Source: the human T2T-CHM13v2.0 reference genome, Homo sapiens. From it: 64,000 nucleotides of DNA. The stretch is from positions 9,248,001 through 9,312,000 of the forward strand of contig CP068257.2 in the NCBI GenBank assembly GCA_009914755.4, read 5' to 3'. Below, piece by piece: positions 55,076 to 64,000 of the stretch (within the stretch, counting starts at the first letter, position 1; every line of letters starts with the position of its first letter). Both the position numbers and the translations under genes were made by a program. The notes beneath the pieces were generated by a model that saw only the letters and a list, made by a program, of their open reading frames with translations, was not told where the DNA came from and ran no database searches.

Positions 55076-56070
55076 GATTTACTTCCCATAGAAATATTTT
55101 AGGAGGGAAGTTGTTGGGGTTTTTGAAATATTGTTTATGTTTTAGTGCATGCCCTTTAAAATATCCCTCCTAGCAAAAATAAAATATAAAATAAAGTAAA
55201 ATAAAATGTATAGAGATATATAGTCTCCATCAATGAACATGTAATTTGTGATTAATAAGTTGTTACTACAAATAAGAAAAAGTTGAGTAGTTTTAATGGT
55301 CCTAGTTCATATACTGTGGTGAGCAAGGGTTAGAAGTTGAAGATCCTTTGAACAAAGCAGTGTTCTTCTTGTGTAGCCTCATCCTGGTGCTTACAGAAAC
55401 CAAGCTTTCTTGATGAAGCTTCCTTCTAAGTGGGCATGGGAGAAGCAGGGCAGCTTACAGCTCTTCCTGAGCTGCAGCATCTGGTTGGGGACAGATTCTC
55501 AGCCTTCTGGAGTCCCTGTTGGATGCTGGCTCTTTGTTCTCAACACAGTCCCTGGTCACCCCACCTGTGTTCCCCAGAATCCAGCTTTTAGTCTTGGTAA
55601 CTTCACGCTTCCCAAAGACAGAATCAGCTGTGGCTCCCCAGAGCAAGCTGACTTGCTTCTTAGAAACCCCAGAAATAAACAGTCTTTGAATCCCAAAATT
55701 GTGTACTTGGAGGGGCCTATAGCATTCAAATTTCATTCAAATCCAGAGCTTAAAGGAGTCTAGGTTACCCAGAAGCAGATGACAAACAGGAAAAACTGCT
55801 CCGTGAGCTGGTTATGCAAATATTCTTTCAGAAATATGGAGTTTCTGGAATGAAGGAAGAGGATGACAGAATTAAGTCACGCGTGTGGTTAGCCCTGATT
55901 GCTAAGGGGAGGCATTCTCTGATATATAAATGACTTCCTGTCAAGGGAAAAATCAGTGTCTTCCAGGTAGGGAGGAGGCGGGAAGTCCCAGTCTAGCAAA
56001 GACCACAGCTTGTGCCTGTAGCTGTTTTTAGTTCTCTGAGCCTTTATTTTGCTCAATTCTAACACCAGTG

Positions 56071-56130
56071 TTAGCCACCCGCTAACCCCACTCTTAGCCA
56101 CCCACTAACCCCACTCTTAGCCACCAGCTG
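56071..56130. repeat. Short tandem duplication, about 2.5 units of 23-24 bp
   Basis: ttagccacccgctaaccccactc ttagccacccactaaccccactc ttagccaccagctg. Confidence 0.85.
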
Positions 56131-56961
56131 CGGTCTTCTTGGGGAAGGGCTTCTCTTCCTATGGGTTGGGTGAGTAACCACAGTGGGCTCCTGATTCTAA
56201 GCTGCCCCTCATTCCTGTGTTGTCTCCACCGTTTTCTTCCTCAGCCTGGAAGTTGACACTTGTAATTTGCCCTTAGGCCCTCGTTAGGAGTAGCTCACCT
56301 GGGGCCATGGACCACAGCTAAGCCCAGGGATAGAACTGTACTTTCAGGTAATAGGTTTTAATTGTAATCCTATGTATTTTATTTTATTTATTTTACACAC
56401 TGATAAAAATTGCTCTAAGAAAGATTCTATTGACTTCCTCAGACTAACAAAAGTGCTCATGGCCCAGAAAAGGTTGCTTCTTCCTGGCAGTGGACCTGCT
56501 GCCACCGCTTCAGTGACTCTGGTGTCCTTCCACCCTGGGACCAGGTTTCATTCATAACAAACCTGTGCCTTTGTCAGCACAGGTTTGTAGCCCGAATGAC
56601 ATCTGCCATCCTCCACAATGGAGCTCAAATGCCACTAAAACGCTTATTTCCAGACTTTGTCCGTATTTCATTTTTACCTGTTGTTGTCATGTTCCTTTTT
56701 TCATCAATAATGAAAAGTCCTGGGCCCTTGTGTCCTGGGTCCTATCTAATTCATCTTTGCATCCCAGCCGTTGTCTGACAGAAATGAAATTTTCAATCAA
56801 AGTTTGACGAATGTTTGAATGATGATGAATCTTGTGGCACAAGAGCCTGCTTTCCTTTCTTCCTATCAGGGCACCAGCGGCCCTGCAGCTGCAGGTGCCA
56901 CCTCCAGCCCAGCTGTGTTTCTGGGTACCCCTGGGAGTTCCTGGTGGGCCCAAGTAAGGTA

Positions 56962-57053
56962 AGACAGAGAAGAAAAAAATGGCATGGGAGAAGAAGAAGA
57001 AAGAAGGAGATAGAGAAACAGGAAAGAGAGAAGAAAAGGAAGAGAGGAAGAAA
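56962..57053. repeat. Purine-rich (GA/GAA) tract
   Basis: agaagaaaaaaatggcatgggagaagaagaagaaagaaggagatagagaaacaggaaagagagaagaaaaggaagagaggaagaaa. Confidence 0.8.
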
Positions 57054-57286
57054 TTGTGGAGTGGAGGGCTGCCCTGTTCCCCACCTCAGGGACATAAGTA
57101 AGCTGCCTGTACAGGTTCACAGAAAAATGGATTTGATTCCAGAGCCCTTCCTCATTGTGTGTATTTGCACTATCATGTTGTGTAGTTTTTAAGAACCCAT
57201 AAAGAAAAGCAGAACCTTGTGGGCCTGTAATGATCTCTACAGAATGTCAGATAAAAAGATGAGTTCAATTCTACTATATTTAAAAA

Positions 57287-57415
57287 GCCAGCAGGATGCA
57301 GCGGCTCACACCTGTATTCCCAACACTTTGGGAGTTCTCTTGAGCCCAGGAGTTCAAGGCTGCTGTGAGCCATGATTTCACCACTGCACTCCAGTGCAGA
57401 TGACAGAGAGAGAAC
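57287..57415 (+). mobile_element. Alu-derived fragment with an internal deletion (about 128 bp)
   Basis: gccagcaggatgcagcggctcacacctgtattcccaacactttgggag joins directly to cttgagcccaggagttcaaggctgctgtgagccatgatttcaccactgcactccagtgcagatgacagagagagaac. Confidence 0.75.
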
Positions 57416-57749
57416 TTCTTATCTCTTAAACAACCAAAAAGCCATCAACATAAATGTTGTTAACAGTGTGCTGTGGTCCATACCATCCTCTCTCTCTCTC
57501 TGAGATGTCTCTACATTCCAGTGGAGAGGGAAAATGAAATCTATTGTCAGCTAGGTCTGGGACTGGTCTTCCCCAGAGGCAGGATGGCTATTTTGGCATA
57601 ATTTAGACATTGACAGAAAGCTGATTTGGCCCCCTGAATATCTAGAGTTTTCTCTCTAGTCTGATATTATGCCAATTATGGTATACTATGACAAGTTCTT
57701 TTGGGTCTCAGAGTCACCTGCTAGTACATGGAGGAACATATTAAGCCTC

Positions 57750-57873
57750 TATCAGCCCATCTCATCACACCTAGTGCCTGGGTGTATGCCGGCGGGTCCT
57801 GTAGAATAGGTATCAGCCCATCTCATCACACCTAGTGCCTGGGTGTATGCCGGTGGGTCCTATAGAATAGGTA
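57750..57873. repeat. Tandem duplication, 2 x 61 bp
   Basis: tatcagcccatctcatcacacctagtgcctgggtgtatgccgg(c/t)gggtcct(g/a)tagaataggta is repeated, with 2 mismatches between copies. Confidence 0.95.
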
Positions 57874-60839
57874 TAGAACAGGGTTTTGGTTTTTGTTTAT
57901 TTTATGAGGGGCTCTGGAGTAGGAGAGCCAGAGCATGGGGAGATGCTATCAAGGACAGCTCAGTGCCATAGGGTGAGAAAGCCTACGCCACCAGGTGATG
58001 CTGTGTGTCTCCTGAAGTCATAAGCGACAAGGTTTATGGGGAAACAGAGGAAATCACTCAACTAAATATCATCTTCAATTTCCCCTAATTTCTGAAGTTT
58101 GGGAAATGCTGAGACCCATGACTTTTCAAATTACACATGGTCTTTTTAAGTTAAAAAAGAGAAGTGGGTCAATGAATTAGAAGGGAAAAATAAGACAGTC
58201 TTCTCCCTTCTTCTATGTGGCAGGCAGGGGTGGCAGGGAGTTACTTCTGTAACTCGAAAGGCTTCTGACTTTTTAAAAGGAAATTGTTGTCATTGTTAAT
58301 CAGGGCAGGGTCTTCTTGCCCTTTCTTGTAGAATAGCTTGGGTTTGAATTTTGGCCTTAGCCCAAAGTTTCTGGGTTACGATTGCACACAGCAGGCTTGT
58401 GAGTGTGGGTGTCAAGAAGGAGGTGGGATTTTCATAATTCCACTCTCTCAGCTCTCAACTTTGTGAAAGTGCCATTACTACCAGAAGTACTTCTCTATCT
58501 GCTCAGGTCTTCCTGCTCTACAAATCTCAACAGACAATGATGAATCATCCCTGAAGACTGCTCCGCATCATACATTTATCTGTGTTTCTCAGTCCTGGGT
58601 TGACATTTTCCTTCTCTCTCTCTGTCCCAGGATGTCTCAAGCTCAGCACTATTGACATTTTTGGTTGTATAATTCCTGGTCACAGGGGGCTTTCCTGTGT
58701 CTTGTAGGATATTTTAACAGCATCTGGGCTTACATAAAGCACAAAAAGGGCCTGAAGCTCTGAAGGTTGGGGAAAGCACACTCAAAATCCAGAGCCTGGT
58801 CAGTGAGGCTCAGGCCTTCCCTGAGTCTTTGTCCACAATATCAAGAAACCGCAATGAAGACTCAAAAACTATGGAATATTTGCTGTGACATCTGCCTCTG
58901 AATTGTTAGATATTAGCAAAATAATATGGCTTTTGCTGGCACCTCAGATGCTGGTGGGCTATCACGTGGAATGATTATGAATTTCTGTAAAGAGCCAAGC
59001 CAGCTGAGGCTTGGTGGGTGGACTGTTAGGAAGCGTGGCTGGGTCCATTAGCCGGGTGTTTCAGTAGACGAAGCTCTGGGACGTGACACTGAAGTCAGCA
59101 GGCCCAGGAAGCTCACCACATGTCTTGAAACTGCAGCCTGTGGCACAAAAGTAAAATGGGAATAGATTAGTCTTTTGGGAGCTAATCTCCCAGTTGAAAT
59201 GCAATAGAACTTACAGCAAGTGACAACTTTCTAAATTATTTTCTTATGCCTCATGCCGTTCTTTTGTCTCTATTTTTAGTGTTTCCACCTACTAACTTCA
59301 TTCTTTCTCCCGCTATTTCTAATACATCGCCAATGATGTATTTTCAATAAGAATTCAATTACCTGGAGAGGCAGATGTGCTAACTGGCAATCTGAGGGTT
59401 TTTCTGCAAGTTGATTGCAAAGCTGACTCAAGGTTCTAGCCCTGCTGCTGTCAGGAGAGACTCACTGTCAACAAGCTGTTAAAAATGAAACTTCATAATG
59501 AGGGAGAATGTATGGAACATCAAGTAATCTCCTTGTTCTTACCAATTGCCTCATTTAATTGGCACTGTTTTATTGAATTTTTAATAAAGTGAAGTGAGAT
59601 TTTAATGTAATCCCATCTACTTTAGACCTAATTCAACATACTAATTTATTACGAATCTTTGTTTTTTATGAAGTTATGCATTGAAAAGTTTCCTAAATTG
59701 CCAGTTATTTGTAAACTTTAAAAAACTTCTCCAAAGTAGTTTTGTTATTTGTAATACTGCAAAAAGCAACGCAAAACCACACAAGAGCATTTTGTTGACT
59801 GTCGCCGCAGTTAAGGTACTGAGTGTTGTTAAGGGAATGTATGTTTATATTTGCTAAATTTTCATGAACTTGGTAATTGAGCCATGATTATATTAACCCT
59901 TTAGATTGATAGAACTATGGCAATAACTATGTAGTCCTGTGATAGGCCTGGACGTTGAAAAGGTGAGTGGCTGATTTCATTTAATTGTGTGATCTGAAGT
60001 GGGTCTCATTATAAACCATACACCTGATTTGAGTCATACAGTGTAACTTTTAGTGAAAGTTGTAAAGGTTTTCCTGAAAAAATGCTGAAGGTGCTTTTGC
60101 CTAGTAACTGTATTCTGATTATTGTATTTCAGGGCACTCAGGGAATTAGCAGCTTCTCAGATAGAGCACGTAACGAGCTACCAGTGTGTAAAGTCCCCAC
60201 TATTTTAACAAGGAGACACTAAAACCAGAAAGACATTTCCAGTCGCCCAGATCCCGAAAAGTACATAAAAATCACCTCAGGACATTTAGTGGAACCCATG
60301 AATAGCTTTCAGTAAAATGCACAATTCATGTGTCTATAATTTTCTAAAAATTTGGTTCTAAATACCTCTTAAATTTCATAAATAATATATGTTAATTTTT
60401 TAAAATATTAGACAATAAGCATAGAGAAATAAAAAGTTAACTTGTAACTTTATACCCAGAGGAAATTACTGTTGATATTTTGTTGTATAATCAGAGACAT
60501 TTCTATTTTGTACAATATTGTGAAAAAAAAACTGTTCATAATATTTTAAAATAAATTTTCTAGTGAATAATGTAACTAACAAGCACATTATTAGCAGCAG
60601 CATTGATTAATGGCTGCAGAGCATCTTTTGGTATGGGTCTACTGAAATGTATTTAACCAATCCTCAAAGTTGGTTATTTAATTTATTTTTAATATTTCTG
60701 CTACCATAAATAACGCTGTGCTGAGCACTTGCACTTCAGGTTTGCTGTGCTTCTTCACTGCGGTCTTACGATAAATATCTAGAGCGAAAGGGAATTTACA
60801 CGGCTAAAAAATGACTCCTAGAGAACTTCAGAATCTCCC

Positions 60840-62050
60840 AGACAGCCTATTCAATTCTTTCTATGGTTCAACAAATGGAATAATATTTCAACAGGCACTT
60901 CACAGAAGAGATGAACAAAATGGAAAAAAGAAAGAGAATGAAGTATGCGCTTACTCCCGAATCCAGAGCAGCAGTCTCACTGGTGCAGACACGTCCCTGA
61001 GGGTAGATGTTACTTATGGGGGATCTGGCGTCAGCGGCTGTCCTGGACCCTGGCCACACTATGCCGTCCTCATCGTTCCTGCTCCAGGAAGAGAAACAAC
61101 ACTGCTGAGTTGCTGCTGGGCGCATGGCCCTGGCATCGTGGCCTCCATATGTCGGTTATTTACAGGGTTTTCCCTGCTGCACTGGTTTCCCGTGGTGGCA
61201 CAACAAATACTACAAATTTAACATCTTAAAAAAAACAGCAGTTTCCCCTCTCCAGGTGCCGGGGGCTGGAAGTGTGGAGTCAGGCCCAGCAGGGCCGTGC
61301 TCGCTCTCGAGGCTCCAGAGGAGAGCCCTTCCTTGCCTCTTCCAGATTCTGGTGGCTCAGAGCTCTGTTTGGTTATTTTTTACAGTTTCTATTTCTCTGA
61401 TGATATAGTCAATCTTTCCACTCATGTGAAGGGCACTTACCTTCATCTCACTGAGCACAATTATGCGAGCGTTGCTTCAGAGTCTTTTGGGGATAACTTT
61501 GACATTGGGTCTTCTCAGGCTTGGGATCTTCTCTCTTGAGAACTGGTCACATTTTCCTGGTGATTTATATGTCAATTAATTTTGAATTGCATCATGGTCA
61601 TTTTCGACATGATTTTGTGTAAGCTCTGGGTCTTCATTTTAAAGTATAAGTTTTATTATTATCCAGGTATGGTGAGGCCACCAAAGGAAGTCACAATTGC
61701 CATCCAAAATATAATTTGCTGTTCACAGCTCTCAAGAGGTGGGGTGTGCCTCGACATGCAGGGACACCATGAAAGCACAAGGGTTGGTCATGGACAGAAG
61801 GAAGGGGAGGAGAAGGTGGCAGGCACCTTCATCATGGGATCTGCAGGAAGGAATGGGCAAGGCAGCGTATGCTGGCTTAGGACTGGCCAGTTTGAATGCT
61901 TTCAGCAGGCTCTGGGTTGGGGGCCACCTGAGTTGTTGGGCACCTGGTCCTGAGACGATCAGGGAAGGGGCATATGTGTTTGGTGCTCAAGGGCCAGACA
62001 GGGGAGGTGGGGGTGGGCTGACTCCATCTTGGTTGGTTTCCCCTGAAGGC
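60840..62050 (+). mobile_element. Ancient LTR-retrotransposon-derived repeat (MaLR/MLT1-like, tentative), related to 100-410
   Basis: ctccaggtgccgggggctggaagtgtggagtcaggcccagcagggccgtgctcgctctcgaggctccagaggagagcccttccttgcctcttccagattctggtggctcag parallels the copy at 100-410. The flanking sequence is heavily decayed and the boundaries are approximate. Confidence 0.3.
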
Positions 62051-62565
62051 TGGGCTGACAGGTGAGTTGTTTGCTATCTCTAGGAATCAGTTAACCCTGG
62101 GAGGGGTAGTCTGTCCCAGGTCAGCAAGGCCCCAGATGCCAAGGCATCAAGAACACAGAATATAAGAAACTAGAAGGAATGCAGCCTTGTTAAAAACCCC
62201 TCGGGGAATGTTGTTTATTTTTTCCCCGCAGGCAAATCCATGTGGCTTGGCTCAGAGGGCAAGTTCTGTCTCCCTGTGCGTGGGCGGATCCCAAGGCCTT
62301 TGCTAAGCTGCCCTGGTGGCTCTGATTTTGTCCTGTGCACAAACAGCTGGGGGGGGTGGGGACCAGGACTGTGGGGGTGCTACACACAGAGCCAGACAAG
62401 CCCATTCTGCAGCTCTCTCCTCTAAGGGCTCCCCCCACCTCCCTAGCTTACAGGGGCTCCTTCTCCTGATCCTTTGGCCAGAAGGAAGGGGTTTCTTTTA
62501 AAGTCCTTGCCCTGAGGCACCACACAGATGTGGCTCTATAACTGGTGCCACCTAAAGGGAAACAT

Positions 62566-62800
62566 GACAAGAAGAGAGAGAGAAGGAGGGAGAGGGAGAA
62601 GGAGGAAGATAGAGGGAAAGGAAGTTGGGGAGGGAGAGTAGGGAGAGAAAGGGGAGAGAAGAGAAAGGGAGGAGGGAAAAGAAGTGGGGAGGGAAAAAGA
62701 GAGGGACAGAAGAGGTGGGGAAAGAGGGGCAAGAGGAAGGAGACAGGAAAAGCGGAGCAGAGGAGGGAGGAAGAGGGGCGGGAGAGACGGGGATTGAGAG
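62566..62800. repeat. Long polypurine (GA-rich, GGAA/GAGG-like) tract, about 235 bp
   Basis: gaagagagagagaaggagggagagggagaaggaggaagatagagggaaaggaagttggggagggagagtagggagagaaaggggagagaagagaaagggaggagggaaaagaagtggggagggaaaaagagagggacagaagaggtggggaaagaggggcaagaggaaggagacaggaaaagcggagcagaggagggaggaagaggggcgggagagacggggattgagag. More than 95% A/G. Confidence 0.9.
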
Positions 62801-63700
62801 AACACACAGAATTTCTTCCCCCCATGCTTTGAAGACAGGATCCTTTTTTCTTCTGGCCACAGACACTGGATTTCTCCTGGGATTTAGCTGCTTGTGCCAC
62901 CACAGCTGGCGCTCCACTGGGGAGAGCCAAAAAACAAAAAAACTAACCCCTCAAAGGAAGCACTTCCTTTATATGGACTGAATCGTGTCCCCCTTGAGAC
63001 TCACAAAATGAAGCCCCAGCCCCAGTATCTGAGAGTGTGACTGTATTTGGAAACAGCAGCTTTAAAGACGTGATTGAGGTAACATGAGGCCATCAGGGGC
63101 CGCAATCTGGCCTGTGCCCTGATAGGAAGAGGAGACTGGAACAGGACACACATACTGCAGGAGGCACAGAGCGAAGACGCCACCTGCAAGCCAGGGCCAG
63201 AAGCCTTGGAAGAAGCACCTGCACACCTGAATCTTGGACTCCAGTTTTCAACACCGTGAGAGAGTAAATTTCCATTGCCAGCCAGTCTGTGGCCATCTGC
63301 AATGACTCTAGCACGTTAATATACCCATCTAAGGGTTGCCTCCCCGAGTTTTTATTCTCTTCCCAGTCTGTCTGCTTTTGTGGATGTCTGGAGCTCTTGA
63401 GCAGTTGCTTTCTGATTTTGCCCAGAGCTTTCAGTTGCAATCAGCGAGAAAGAAGCTGCAGGAACTTGTTTCATCTTGACCATTCATACATATTGAACTG
63501 ATGTGTTTGTTACATTCTACCGTCTCTTGAGTGTAATCAAATAAAAGAGCATCTGATGTAATAGGAAAATAGAGCAGGCTTTGCTAACCAGCTCATCCTC
63601 CCTCCGCAGACACCACACAGAACGTTGGTTCCTGGAGGCTCCAATCCATGTTGAGGATTGGCATAATGGGAACGGAATGATCTTGGGTCATAGGTTTTGC

Positions 63701-63717
63701 TTTTTTTTTTTTTTTTT
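63701..63717. repeat. Poly(T) homopolymer run, 17 nt
   Basis: ttttttttttttttttt. Confidence 0.9.
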
Positions 63718-64000
63718 GCTTCTATTCAGAAAAAATTATACTTTAGAATTCTGATTAAAAATCTGAGAAATGAAATGAGCATGCCTTTTAAAAAATGTTT
63801 CACAAGAACATTGCAGTTTTATTCTAGAAGTTGTAGCAGGGAGATTTTGGCTTCATGTAATAGAAAGCCCAATGAGAATAAGATTAAACACTAAGGGAAA
63901 TGGGTTTGCTGCATGTAAGGAAATCTAGAAGTGGGCATGGCCTGGACTGGCTAATCCAGGGGATTAGCCAACTCTCTTACCTGGGGAAAGTTGCGGATAT

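Noticed and set aside
52095-55089. Minus-strand ORFs of 232, 259, 205, 243 and 130 aa as genes
   Set aside because: All are confined to the 69-bp minisatellite halves. The 69-bp period equals 23 codons. Several overlapping frames are open at once, and the ORFs stop at the LTR12 boundary. This is a repeat artefact.
60811-61221. 136-aa + ORF
   Set aside because: It lies within a decayed MaLR-like LTR fragment (the same family as 100-410). It is very likely a chance ORF in repeat-derived sequence.
62448-62981. 160-aa and 121-aa (-) and 118-aa (+) ORFs
   Set aside because: They are translations of the 235-bp polypurine tract (E/K/G/R-rich on +; S/L/P/F-rich on -). There is no sequence complexity.

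Overview
This window is primate, almost certainly human or great-ape, nuclear genomic DNA, not a prokaryotic locus. Evidence is throughout. There are at least 11 Alu SINE copies, several with intact target-site duplications (TSDs). There is an L1 3' tail, a solo LTR12 (HERV-9 LTR), a THE1/MST-type MaLR solo LTR, three copies of one ~600-bp LTR family, and several older LTR-like fossils. There are five minisatellites with unit lengths 53-58, 44/45, 36, 70 and 69 bp. There are many microsatellites and polypurine/polypyrimidine tracts. I find no convincing protein-coding exon, RNA gene, CRISPR array or operon-like structure. Every ORF over about 100 aa in the supplied track falls inside a tandem repeat, an Alu or a purine tract, and I read all of them as artefacts. 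The most interesting structures are: (i) a 1.4-kb solo LTR12 inserted inside a 69-bp-unit minisatellite, with a 4-bp TSD and its CCAAT-box promoter array intact; (ii) a CpG-dense 36-bp minisatellite of about 25 units that is open on both strands; (iii) a 1.3-kb 44/45-bp minisatellite with two alternating unit variants; (iv) a low-divergence Alu with perfect 18-bp TSDs, a candidate polymorphic insertion; (v) three related ~600-bp LTRs within 21 kb, two of them in inverted orientation. Family names for the older repeats are tentative, because I cannot run RepeatMasker or BLAST here.
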